55,149 bases of DNA, from the NCBI GenBank assembly GCA_046484865.1, contig JAWOID010000106.1, positions 1-55,149 of the forward strand, read 5' to 3'. How positions within the stretch are numbered: the stretch's first letter is position 1; each line of letters starts with the position of its first letter. Below, one piece after another: positions 40,756 through 50,109 of this stretch. Under the pieces are notes generated by a model. The model searched no databases. It was not told the DNA's origin and was given only the letters and a program-made list of their open reading frames with translations. The DNA comes from Candidatus Krumholzibacteriia bacterium (lineage in GTDB: Bacteria > Krumholzibacteriota > Krumholzibacteriia > LZORAL124-64-63). The position numbers and the translations under genes were made by a program.

Positions 40756-43167
40756 TCAGTACCCTCGCAACTGCCCGAACAGTCGCAGGTTCGTGTTCTG
40801 GGGATCCAGTTCCAGGGCACGCTCGAGCGACCGGCGCCCCAGATCCTCCTCTCCCGCTTCCAGCAGGCTCATGGCCGCCACCGCCCACAGGTACGGGTCG
40901 TCGCTCACGGCCCGCCCGCGGACGAGTGACCGGGCGAGTCGTCGCGCGCGCTCGACGTCTCCCAGCAGACGGTCCGCCTCCAGGATGAGCGCGTGCGCGG
41001 CCGGCGACGAGGCCTCGCTCCAGGTGGCCAGCAACAGGTCGCGCCCCTCGCGAGGCTCACCCGAGCGGATGAGCGCACGCGCCAGGTTCTGGCGATGATA
41101 CCCGGAGGGATCGTGCTCGTAGGCCCGGCGCAGGTCCTCGAGCTCGGCATCCGGCACGCCGAGCCAGGCGAACGCGTCGGCGGCGGGCCGCGAGAACTGC
41201 CGGTCGCGATACTCGACGATGCGACGCCGGCTGACGGAGTTCAGCGGCGAGAGCATGATCTCCTCGGCCTCGGCATGGTAGAGGATGGCGGGTGCGCCGG
41301 TCGCCGCCTGCCCTCCGGCCGTCCTGGCCCGGGCGAGGGCCACGGCCGCGTCCAGCGCGACCACCTGCGGACGATCCGGCGCCAGCGCCGCCGCGCGGCC
41401 GGCGTCGACGGCGGCAGCGTCGAGACGACCCTGGTGGAGCGCCATCAGTCCGCGGTTCAGCCAGGCCGCCCATGCGTCGTCATCCAGGGCGAGCGCCCGG
41501 TCGATCGCCCGCAGGGCTTCCTCCTGCCGACCCAGCCGGACCAGCGCCACCGCCCGGACGCGGGCCGCCAGAGCGAACTCGGGGTCCAGGGCGCTAGCGC
41601 GGTCCAGCAGGCGCAGCGCCGCAGCGGCATCGTCGGCGGCCAGTTCCGACACGGCCGCCTGCACCAGGACCAGCGGTGAGAGCGCGTCGCGCGCCTCGAG
41701 CCGCTCCACCGCGGCGGCGAATGCGCCCGCGGCCCGCCCGTGATCACCGCGCAGGTACAGCAGCCGCCCGCGCAGCAGTTCCGCCCGCAGTGGCTGGACG
41801 CCGCGTCGCACGCACGCCGCCAGTTCGTTCAGCGCCAGGCGGGAGAAGCGCCCCTGGTAGGCCGGGTCCAGCTCGTGCATGGCCAGCAGCGCCAGGTTCG
41901 TGGCATGGGAGAAGCGGCTGCCCGTGAGGTAGTGCTCGCCGTAGCCCAGGTAGACCGGCAGGCCCACGCCGGGATTCCCCACGGCGCTGATGCCGGCGCC
42001 GACCGTCTCCTGCAGGAAGTGCTGGACGTAGGGACGGTGCACCATCGCGAGGGCGTAGTAGCCGGCCGCGCGGTCGATGCGATTCACCTCCTCCATGATC
42101 GAGCCGAGATCGCTCCAGAAGTAGCGCGCGAACGGATACAGGTCCTCCGGGCGCGGCTCTCCCGCCTCGCGGGCCGCCAGGTCGTACTCGCCTTGCCGCA
42201 GGTAGGCCACGGCGCGGATCCAGCGCGCCGCGAAGTCCGACCGCTTCCGCGGCCACTGCTCCGGGTCCTGCAGGTCGGTACGGATCCCGGCGCCGGACGC
42301 CAGGTCGAGGATGTCGCGGGGGTAGCGGCGCACCTCCAGCGTGACCACCCGATCGGCCAGACGAACGGCGGTGGAGAAGTCGCCGCGCCCGGCTGCGGCC
42401 AGGCCCTGCAGCAGCACGGCCTCGGCGTCCCGGCCCGAGGTATCGGCCAGGTCCGCCCACCTGGCGCAGTCGTCGTACCAGCCGTCCTCGTACAGCAGCC
42501 AGGCCCGATCCAGCGCGGCCCGCCGCCGCAGGTCGCCCAGCGCTGCCGGCGGCAACTCCTCGAGCACGGCGAAGACCTCGCTCAGCGCGGCGCCGGCACG
42601 TGCCCGGTCGCCCACCACGGCATGGAAGTAGGCGAGCTGGTGCCACACGTGCGGATTGCTCGGGTCGAGGCCCGCAGCGGTGCGCAGGGCCAGCAGCAAC
42701 TCGGGCATGTCGGTCTGATTGCGCACCGGATCCGCGACCACGGTCAGGTTCTGGCGGGTGTGACCGACACGTCTCACGACGTCGCTGCGGAAGCGCCGCA
42801 GCCGCTTCAGGGCATGCGACGCCAGCTCGCGCCGGCGGTCCTGCTCGCCGGCGGGCAGCGCCAGGAATCGCTCCCGCGTCAGGGGCGGCAGATCGCTGTC
42901 GTGCCCGAGCGCTCGCGCATAGATGTTGGGCTGGCCGCGCGGGCTGTGCAGCCCCTCGTAGTACGGCAGGTCGTTGTAATAATCGCGGGCGAGGCGGGCG
43001 TCCCACTTCATCCAGTCCGCCACCGTGGGACCTTCCGGCCACGGCGGGCGCCAGTCGGAGCCCGGCTCCTGGGCGTGGCCCGGAAGAGCGGCGAGGGCGG
43101 CGAGGATCAGAGCGAAGGCGACGATCGGAGCCGGACTGGCCCCGGCGGCGAGAAGATACCTGCGCAT
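40756..43167 (-). CDS. Exported TPR-repeat protein
   Basis: Signal peptide (..LPGHA-QE); helical TPR motifs (ALELDP, AWLNRG); start could instead be 43212. Confidence 0.75.
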   Translation of the reverse strand: MRRYLLAAGASPAPIVAFALILAALAALPGHAQEPGSDWRPPWPEGPTVADWMKWDARLARDYYNDLPYYEGLHSPRGQPNIYARALGHDSDLPPLTRERFLALPAGEQDRRRELASHALKRLRRFRSDVVRRVGHTRQNLTVVADPVRNQTDMPELLLALRTAAGLDPSNPHVWHQLAYFHAVVGDRARAGAALSEVFAVLEELPPAALGDLRRRAALDRAWLLYEDGWYDDCARWADLADTSGRDAEAVLLQGLAAAGRGDFSTAVRLADRVVTLEVRRYPRDILDLASGAGIRTDLQDPEQWPRKRSDFAARWIRAVAYLRQGEYDLAAREAGEPRPEDLYPFARYFWSDLGSIMEEVNRIDRAAGYYALAMVHRPYVQHFLQETVGAGISAVGNPGVGLPVYLGYGEHYLTGSRFSHATNLALLAMHELDPAYQGRFSRLALNELAACVRRGVQPLRAELLRGRLLYLRGDHGRAAGAFAAAVERLEARDALSPLVLVQAAVSELAADDAAAALRLLDRASALDPEFALAARVRAVALVRLGRQEEALRAIDRALALDDDAWAAWLNRGLMALHQGRLDAAAVDAGRAAALAPDRPQVVALDAAVALARARTAGGQAATGAPAILYHAEAEEIMLSPLNSVSRRRIVEYRDRQFSRPAADAFAWLGVPDAELEDLRRAYEHDPSGYHRQNLARALIRSGEPREGRDLLLATWSEASSPAAHALILEADRLLGDVERARRLARSLVRGRAVSDDPYLWAVAAMSLLEAGEEDLGRRSLERALELDPQNTNLRLFGQLRGY

Positions 43168-43373
43168 GAGTGTCGTCCGTTCTCGAGCCCCGGTTGCTCC
43201 CGCGGCAGCCATCCAACCTTCCCCGGCCCGTGAGACCCGGTCTTGAGCGTGCGCGCGGGTGCAGAGGGTCGAACCGGTGGCGAGCGTCTTAGCTCTATCT
43301 ACGGGCGCCGGTGCGCCGGGGCAAGGGGGCCGCGGCGGGAACGGCTCGGCGCTGGCGCCGACGCCCCGCGACA

Positions 43374-43994
43374 TCACAGGTAGTACGCGAAGTTGAGCGA
43401 GAGGAGGTAGTTCACGGCCCGGACGTCGCGCAGGTCGGCGAAATCTCCGATGTCGACCCAGTGGCCGTCGAAAGCCAGCCCCAGCGCGAAGTCCGCCTGC
43501 AGGCGCAACTCGTAGCCGATGCCGCCGCCCAGGCTGATGCCGCCCTCCTGGAAGGTGACGTTGCGCAACTCGGCGAACGGACGACGCAAGGTGAGATCGA
43601 GGCTGCCCCAGCCGATCGCACCACGCACGAAGAACCCGCCCTCGCGGGGGAACCAGGTCCCGAACCCCTCGAAGAAGAAGAGCGTCGCGGTGTCGCCGTC
43701 GAAGGTCTTCTTCCAGCCGCCCAGTTGCACACCGTACATGAGGCCGTCGCTCGGAGCGAAGCCGTAGCGGAGCATGCCCCCGAAGGCGTCCTCGTGGTCG
43801 GTCTCCAGATCCGCGGGGACCGTGTCGCTGCCGCCGGCGAGCCGGATCCGGGTCCAGCCCCAGCCTGCGTTGGCGCTCACCACCGAGCCGTCGCGGATGT
43901 GACCAAACGGGGTGGCGTGCGCCGGCAGCAGGGGTGCCGCCATGAAGAGCGCGGCCAGGATCGGCAGGAGGGCTCGTCGCCGGGGTCGCGTCAC
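43374..43994 (-). CDS. Small outer-membrane beta-barrel protein
   Basis: GGAGG RBS with GTG start; signal peptide; amphipathic strands; aromatic-rich C terminus. Confidence 0.7.
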   Translation of the reverse strand: MTRPRRRALLPILAALFMAAPLLPAHATPFGHIRDGSVVSANAGWGWTRIRLAGGSDTVPADLETDHEDAFGGMLRYGFAPSDGLMYGVQLGGWKKTFDGDTATLFFFEGFGTWFPREGGFFVRGAIGWGSLDLTLRRPFAELRNVTFQEGGISLGGGIGYELRLQADFALGLAFDGHWVDIGDFADLRDVRAVNYLLSLNFAYYL

Positions 43995-44113
43995 GCCTGC
44001 TTTCCTCCGGTCCAGGGGAGACGCTCGCGCGGACGGATCCGGGCGGCCGCCATACCCCGACACCGGCCATACTAGGGCCGCTCGGCGACGGTGGCCAGCC
44101 GTTGCGCGGCCGC

Positions 44114-45433
44114 TCACTCCGAGCGCAGAGCCTCGATCGGGTCCAGCCGCGAGGCCCGCCAGGCCGGGTAGAGACCGAAGATCAGGCCGATCGACATCGA
44201 GAATAGGACCGCGACGATGGTCCAGGGCACCGAGAACTCGTAGGGGAAGCGCAGCAGGTGAGTGGCACCCCACGACGCGACGTAGCCGAGTCCGGCCCCC
44301 AGCACGCCGCCGATGCCGGTGAGCGTGGCCGCTTCCACCAGCACCTGGAAGAGCACGTCGTTACGGCGGGCTCCCAGCGCCATGCGGACGCCGATCTCCC
44401 GGGTGCGCTCGGTGACCGAGATGAGCATGATGTTCATCACGCCGATGCCGCCCACCATCAGACCGATGGACGAGAGGACCACCAGCACCAGCGCGATGCC
44501 GCTCGTGACCTGGTCGATGATGTCGCCATAGGTTTCCGATGCGGTGATCTCGAAGTCGTTCGGTTCGCCCGGCCGCAGACGACGGCCGGCGCGCAGGGCG
44601 CCGGTGACCTCCCCGGCCACGTCCTGGCTCTCGTGGCCGGACGCCACCGTCACGTGGATGGTGCGGTCCTCGAACCCTCGCGAGAGGAAGTCCTTCTCGA
44701 AGCTGGTCCAGGGCAACAGCGCGTAGTTGTCGCCCAGTGCGCCGATGATGGAGCCGCGCTTGGCCATGGCGCCGACGATCTGGTACGGTTTGCCCTCGAT
44801 CCTGAGCGTCCGCCCGACCGGATCCAGCTGCGGGAACAGATCCTTGCGCGGACCGTGGCCGAGGACGACCACCCGGGCGCGCCGCGCGACCTCCTCGTCC
44901 GTGAAGAAGCGCCCCTCGCCGAGCTGCACCGAGTACATGTACGGGAAGGTCTCCTTCACCCCCACCACCTGCACGAAGTTGGTGCGCTCCTGCTCGTAGC
45001 GGAGCACGGTGCCGCGGCTGTTGGTGACGTTGTAATCCACCAGGTCCACCCCCTCGACGTCCTCGAGCAGGGGGATGAGCTCGGGCAGGAGCTGCGGGCG
45101 GCGGAGCTTCTCGTCGATCTCCTCGCCGCCCAGATGCGAGAAGCGACTGATCACCAGGTAGGGCCGGCTGGCGGAGACGATGTCCTCGCGAATACGGTTG
45201 CTCAGACCGGTGACGATGGTGATGATGGCCAGCAGCGTGGCCACGCCGATGGCCACCCCCACGATGAGCAGGAAGCTGCGCATGCGGTGACCGGTGATCA
45301 CCCGCAGCGCCTGCTGGGCACCCTCCGCCAGATGGGCGTGCCAGACGGGACCGCCGCTCGGCACCGGACCCCGGGCGCGGCCGGGCGGCGAGCCGCTCGC
45401 GGCGGAGCCGCGGGACGGGCGCCGGTCACTCAT
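44114..45433 (-). CDS. ABC transporter permease, MacB/FtsX family
   Basis: GGIGVMNIMLISVTERTREIGVRMALGA and YPAWRASRLDPIEALR motifs. Confidence 0.95.
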   Translation of the reverse strand: MSDRRPSRGSAASGSPPGRARGPVPSGGPVWHAHLAEGAQQALRVITGHRMRSFLLIVGVAIGVATLLAIITIVTGLSNRIREDIVSASRPYLVISRFSHLGGEEIDEKLRRPQLLPELIPLLEDVEGVDLVDYNVTNSRGTVLRYEQERTNFVQVVGVKETFPYMYSVQLGEGRFFTDEEVARRARVVVLGHGPRKDLFPQLDPVGRTLRIEGKPYQIVGAMAKRGSIIGALGDNYALLPWTSFEKDFLSRGFEDRTIHVTVASGHESQDVAGEVTGALRAGRRLRPGEPNDFEITASETYGDIIDQVTSGIALVLVVLSSIGLMVGGIGVMNIMLISVTERTREIGVRMALGARRNDVLFQVLVEAATLTGIGGVLGAGLGYVASWGATHLLRFPYEFSVPWTIVAVLFSMSIGLIFGLYPAWRASRLDPIEALRSE

Positions 45434-46655
45434 AGCGCAGCGCCTCCACGGGGTCGAGCCCCGCCGCCTTCCAGGCCGGATAGGTGCCGAAGACGCCGCC
45501 GATCACGAACGTCACCGCCAGCCCCAGCAGGACGGACCAGCCGGCGATCGCGAACGGCAACGGGCTCACCGCCGCGATGGCCGCCGCCAGCAGCGCTCCC
45601 ACGACGATGCCGACGATGCCGCCGGTCACCGACAGCGTGATCGCCTCGACCATGAACTGCCAGAGGATGGCCCTGCGCGGTGCCCCGAGCGCCTTGCGCA
45701 CTCCCACCTCGCGGGTGCGTTCGGTGACGGCCACGAGCATGATGTTCATGAGCACGATCCCGCCCACCACCAGGCTGATCCCCACCAGCGGCACCAGCGC
45801 GCGGTAGACGTTGGCGCTGATGCCCGCCCAGATGTTCAGCAACTGCTCCGAGGTGACCACGGCGAAATCGTCCTTCGCGAGGGGACGCAACCGGTGGCGA
45901 ACCCGCATGAGGAACGCAGCCTCCTCCATGGCCTCCTCGAAGCGGACCAGCTCCCGGGCGGCGATCTTGATGTCCACCGAAGCGCGACCGCCGAAAACCT
46001 TCTGGAAGCTGGTGATCGGGATCACCACGAACTGGTTGCGGTTGTTGCCGAGCACCGTCCCGCGATCCTGCACCACCCCGACCACGGTGAAATGGCGGTT
46101 CCCGATCTTGAACTCGCCGCCGAGCGGATCGGTGCGGCGCGGGAACAGCGCCTGCGCCACGTCCCAGCCCAGCACCGCCACCGGACGGCTGGCCACCACG
46201 TCCAGCGAGGTCAGATGTCGGCCCGCCAGCAGCGGCATGTCTTCCAGCAGCGGATAGTCGGCGGTGCGTCCCGCGACGAGCGCGCCGCGGTAGGCGCTGG
46301 CGCCGGCGCGCAGGTTCGCCTGGCGCTCGAGCGTCGCTCCCACCACGCGCGCCTCGGTCATGCGGTCTTCCAGGTAGTCGCGGTCGGCCAGGGTGAGCGG
46401 GGGGTTGTTGAGGGATTCGAGGAACGCGTCGAAGTCGGTGAGGAACTCCACCGCGTTGACGCGCGTGATCGTGAAGACGTCGGTGCCCTCGTCCAGCACC
46501 ACCTGGCGGAAGTAACGGTCGGCGCCGTAGAGCAGCGACACCACCGCGATCACCGACATCGTGCCCACGATGTTGCCCAGCAGCGTGAGGAAGGTGCGCA
46601 GCTTGTGCCCGGTCAGGCTCGCCAGGGCGATGCGGACACCCTCCAGGAGGTTCAC
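45426..46655 (-). CDS. ABC transporter permease, MacB/FtsX family
   Basis: LRTFLTLLG, MNIMLVAVTERTREVG and DPVEALRYE motifs. Confidence 0.95.
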   Translation of the reverse strand: MNLLEGVRIALASLTGHKLRTFLTLLGNIVGTMSVIAVVSLLYGADRYFRQVVLDEGTDVFTITRVNAVEFLTDFDAFLESLNNPPLTLADRDYLEDRMTEARVVGATLERQANLRAGASAYRGALVAGRTADYPLLEDMPLLAGRHLTSLDVVASRPVAVLGWDVAQALFPRRTDPLGGEFKIGNRHFTVVGVVQDRGTVLGNNRNQFVVIPITSFQKVFGGRASVDIKIAARELVRFEEAMEEAAFLMRVRHRLRPLAKDDFAVVTSEQLLNIWAGISANVYRALVPLVGISLVVGGIVLMNIMLVAVTERTREVGVRKALGAPRRAILWQFMVEAITLSVTGGIVGIVVGALLAAAIAAVSPLPFAIAGWSVLLGLAVTFVIGGVFGTYPAWKAAGLDPVEALRYE

Positions 46656-46656
46656 G

Positions 46657-47940
46657 TCACCGATCCTCGCCGCGGATTTCCACCCAGGTGCCGTCGTCGA
46701 GTTCGCGCAGGATGCGGAAGGGACCGGTGATCACGGTCATCCCCTCGTCGAGGCCGGAGACGATCTCGAAGTGCTCCTCGCCGGCGATGCCCAGCTGCAC
46801 CGGAACGAACCGGGCGAAGCCGTCGCGCACCACGAACACCCCCTCGGCGTCCTTGCGCTCGGCCTCGCGCGGCAGCGAATCGGCCGGCACGAAGCCGAGG
46901 GGCTCCAGCGCCCGGCGCTGGGCCTGCTCCCGCCGGCCCCGGTAACGCTGAACGTCTTCCTGGCGCAGCGGCCACGGGCGCACCGTCACCGCTCCGAGCG
47001 GCACCGCGAGCACGTCCCGGCGGTCCGCCACCGTGATCTCGGCCTTGGCGGAGAGTCCGGGGCGGATGCGCGCCGGCGCGCGCTCCAGCGTGATCTTCAC
47101 CTCGAAGTCGACGGCCTCCTGGCTGGCGCCCGTGCGCACCAGCACGGGGCTGTTGCCGATCTCCGTCACCCGGCCCTCGAAGGTGCTGTCCGGGAAGGCG
47201 TCGATGGTCACGCCGGCCGCCTGGCCGATCTCCACGTCCACCACCTCGGTCTCGTCCACCTCCACCCAGGCCTCCATCGTGTCCAGGGCGGCTATGACCA
47301 GCAGCACGGTGCCGGGATTGTTGAGGGTGCCCATGATCGCCGACTCGCCCTGCTCGACGTTCAGACGGGTGACCACGCCGGCCATGGGAGCGCTGATGGT
47401 GACCTGCCGCAGGTCGTGGCGCGCCTTGGCCAGGTTGGCATCCTGCTGCTCGAGCCGGTGCCGGGCCGCCTGGACCTGCGCCTGCTGGACCCGGAACGTC
47501 GTGCGCGCCGCCTGCAGTTCCTCCTCCGACGCCAGCTGCTCGGCGTACAGGTCCTCTGCTCGCCGGAGATCCAGCTCCGCCTTCTCCAGCGACGCCAGGG
47601 CCAGTTCCAGGTCCGCCCGCATGGTGCGGACCGCCGCCTCGAGCGCCTGCACCGTGGATGCGTACTGGGTGGGGTCGATCTCCAGCAGGAAATCGCCCGC
47701 TCGTACCCGGTCGCCCTCGGCCACCGCCAGGCGAGTGATCGTACCGATGGCGTTAGCGCTCACGTTCACCGACCGCTTGGGCTGGATGGTCCCCGAAGCG
47801 CTGACCACGGCGGTGAGGTCCCGCCGGGTGACCTCGGTCGCCTGCACCCTGGCGTCCGGCGATTCGCGACGCAGGTTCACCACCACGATGACCAGCACGA
47901 CCACCAGTGCGACCCCGCCGATGATCAACTTGCGCTTCAA
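46657..47940 (-). CDS. Periplasmic adaptor / membrane fusion protein (MacA/HlyD family)
   Basis: VSASGTIQP, V.EGD.V..GD.L, ISAPMAGVV, VDETEV and IRPGLSA motifs. Confidence 0.93.
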   Translation of the reverse strand: MKRKLIIGGVALVVVLVIVVVNLRRESPDARVQATEVTRRDLTAVVSASGTIQPKRSVNVSANAIGTITRLAVAEGDRVRAGDFLLEIDPTQYASTVQALEAAVRTMRADLELALASLEKAELDLRRAEDLYAEQLASEEELQAARTTFRVQQAQVQAARHRLEQQDANLAKARHDLRQVTISAPMAGVVTRLNVEQGESAIMGTLNNPGTVLLVIAALDTMEAWVEVDETEVVDVEIGQAAGVTIDAFPDSTFEGRVTEIGNSPVLVRTGASQEAVDFEVKITLERAPARIRPGLSAKAEITVADRRDVLAVPLGAVTVRPWPLRQEDVQRYRGRREQAQRRALEPLGFVPADSLPREAERKDAEGVFVVRDGFARFVPVQLGIAGEEHFEIVSGLDEGMTVITGPFRILRELDDGTWVEIRGEDR

Positions 47941-47968
47941 AGAGCTGCCTCCCGTGACCGCGTCTGGA

Positions 47969-48730
47969 TCAGCCGCCCAGGCGCGCCGAGATGACCTGGA
48001 CCCCGAGGATCATCAGTCCGCCGAGCACGGAGACCGCGATCGTCACGACCGCCGAGCGGACCAGCGGCAGCGCATGCACGACGGCGAAGCCGATGACCAT
48101 GAGCGCCACCTGCCACCAGATGAAGACGTCCCCGAACATGTTCAGGGCGAGGAAGAGCGGCGAGTCGGACGGTGCGTCCGGCACCAGGAGCGCCAGGCCG
48201 GTGGCCACGCCCTCGCCGCTGCCACGACCCAGGATGAGGAGCGCCCGCAGACCGTAGCTGATGGTGGAGGCCACGAGCGCCGTCCACGCCACCACGCCGA
48301 ACGTCTGCGCCATGCGCCCCCTGCCCTCCGACAGGCGGAAGAAGAGCTGGAACACCAGACCGGGCAGGACGACGGCGAACAGCAGGGCGCCCACGCCTGC
48401 CGCGAGGCCGATCACGATTCGCATGCCGGGGCCGGGGTCCCGCATGCGATCGAGCTGACCCGCCATGGCCATGGCCGCCTCGTCGCTGCCGGCGCTCTCG
48501 ATCTGCTGCTCGATCTGCTCGGGTCCGATGATGTGCAACACGCTGCCCGTGTACAGCGCCGACACGACCAGCAGCGCCACCGCGGCCACGCCCCAGGCCG
48601 GCCGCTGCGCGATCGCCACGCAGGCCCGCGTCGGTGCCACGATGAGCGACCAGAAGCGCAGCAGCAGGCTATCGCGCTCGGGCGGAACGGCCGGTGCGGA
48701 GCTTCCCACCTCGATCCTCTCGTCGGTCAT
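47969..48730 (-). CDS. Yip1-domain membrane protein (YknW-like)
   Basis: LIVAPTRAC..PAW, five TM segments, DVFIWW; position upstream of the adaptor gene. Confidence 0.75.
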   Translation of the reverse strand: MTDERIEVGSSAPAVPPERDSLLLRFWSLIVAPTRACVAIAQRPAWGVAAVALLVVSALYTGSVLHIIGPEQIEQQIESAGSDEAAMAMAGQLDRMRDPGPGMRIVIGLAAGVGALLFAVVLPGLVFQLFFRLSEGRGRMAQTFGVVAWTALVASTISYGLRALLILGRGSGEGVATGLALLVPDAPSDSPLFLALNMFGDVFIWWQVALMVIGFAVVHALPLVRSAVVTIAVSVLGGLMILGVQVISARLGG

Positions 48731-49776
48731 TGGTCCTCCTCCTCGGAGTCCGGCCGGTGCACCGGGTCGAGCGCTCGCATGCGCGCGGCGAGCGCCCGTC
48801 CGGCCGCCGCCAGCGGCGACGCCGCTTCCCTGGCGGCCAGGGCCGCCGTGCCGTGCTGCGGATCGTCGTGGCGGGCCAGGAACTCCGCCGCGAAACGCCC
48901 GCTCTCGATCTCGTCGAGGATCACACCCATCGTGGCCCGCACCGACGCGTCGACCACGCGCGGACCGCGGGTCAGCCCCCCGTACGCGGCCGTCCCGCTG
49001 ATGCGGCGGCGCATGCCGTCCACGCCGTGGCGGTGCAGGAGGTCGGTGATGATCTTCAGCTCGTGAACGCACTCGAAGTAGGCGTTCTCGGCGCTGTAGC
49101 CACGTCCCACGAGGGTGTCGAAGGCGGCCTGGAGCAGTTCGACCACGCCGCCGCAGAGCACCACCTGCTCGCCGAACTGGTCGGCCACGCACTCGTCGCG
49201 GAACGTGGTGGCCAGCCCGCCTCCGCGCAAGCACCCCACGGCGCGCGCGTAGGCCGCGGCCAGCGCCCACGTGCCGGGCGGCGAGCCGTCGCTCACCGCC
49301 AGCAGGCCGGGCAGACCGCCCCCGGCGACCACCGCCGCCCGCAGCGCATCGCCCTGTCCCTTGGGTGCGGCCAGGAAGCAGGCGCGGCCCGGCTCGGGCG
49401 TCACCTGCCCGAAGGCCACCGCGAAGCCGTGCGCGAACGCAAGCGCCGCGGCCGGCCGCAAGGCCGGCGCCACCACCGAGCGGTACACCCCGGCCATGGC
49501 ATCGTCCGGGAGCATCATCGCCACGACGTCGCCGGCCCCGACCGCCGCTGCCGGCTCCTCGACCGGGAATCCCTCGCGGCGAGCCACCTCGCAGCGGGTC
49601 GAGTCGCGGCGCGCTCCCACCACCACCCGGATGCCGGCGTCGCGCAGGTTCAAAGCGTGCGCTCTCCCCATCGTCCCGTAGCCCAGGACGGTCACCGTCC
49701 GGTCCAGGAGAGGCGCGAGATCGGCATCTTCCTCGCCGATCAGGTCCCCCGGCGATGGGCGATCGGGAACTGACAC
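48727..49776 (-). CDS. ilvC: Ketol-acid reductoisomerase
   Basis: GYGTMGRAHALNLRD, FAHGF, APKG, DQFGEQVVLCGG, AYFECVHE and ISGTAAYG motifs. Confidence 0.93.
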   Translation of the reverse strand: MSVPDRPSPGDLIGEEDADLAPLLDRTVTVLGYGTMGRAHALNLRDAGIRVVVGARRDSTRCEVARREGFPVEEPAAAVGAGDVVAMMLPDDAMAGVYRSVVAPALRPAAALAFAHGFAVAFGQVTPEPGRACFLAAPKGQGDALRAAVVAGGGLPGLLAVSDGSPPGTWALAAAYARAVGCLRGGGLATTFRDECVADQFGEQVVLCGGVVELLQAAFDTLVGRGYSAENAYFECVHELKIITDLLHRHGVDGMRRRISGTAAYGGLTRGPRVVDASVRATMGVILDEIESGRFAAEFLARHDDPQHGTAALAAREAASPLAAAGRALAARMRALDPVHRPDSEEEDQ

Positions 49777-49864
49777 GGTCCCCCCGTGGCTTCCGCTTCT
49801 CTAAGTGGCTTCGGCCTGCGCGATTGCGACCGCATCGCGGTGTTCGCGACGTCGCTCGCGGCGC

Positions 49865-49915
49865 AGCATAGAAGGTGGCGGGCATCTTGACAAGCCAGGT
49901 CTGGGCGGCTAAATT
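49865..49915. promoter_or_regulatory. Back-to-back sigma70 promoters with overlapping -35 boxes
   Basis: Plus strand TTGACA(49887)-N17-TAAATT; minus strand TTGTCA(49893)-N17-TATGCT. Confidence 0.65.
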
Positions 49916-49966
49916 GCCGCAGCCCAGAACGGGGGCCCAGGAGCCCCGGGCCCGCTCGTGCCCGGT

Positions 49967-50043
49967 GCCGGCTTAGCTCAGCTGGTTAGAGCAGTGGAAT
50001 CATAATCCACGTGTCCGGGGTTCGAGTCCCTGAGCCGGCACCA
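49967..50043 (+). tRNA. tRNA-Met (CAT), probably elongator
   Basis: GCCGGCT..gtgga-atCATaa-tccac..GTTCGAG..AGCCGGC-A-CCA; paired G1-C72, so not an initiator tRNA. Confidence 0.93.
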
Positions 50044-50109
50044 CCCACCCCTCGTTCGGGACACTCTCTTTCGCGGCCCTCCGAGGGCTACGTCCGCCGG
50101 GGAGATGGC

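Noticed and set aside
36453..40820. 1455-aa minus-strand ORF (and similar long ORFs such as 302-2665, 3907-6513, 33653-36616, 51507-53978)
   Set aside because: Antisense shadows of genes with clear family motifs, as expected in high-GC DNA.
40756..44070. Extended 1104-aa version of the TPR ORF (also the extended starts for ftsH, the Yip1 gene and pepT)
   Set aside because: The extensions overlap other genes or are upstream open frame; signal peptides and RBSs indicate the internal starts used here.
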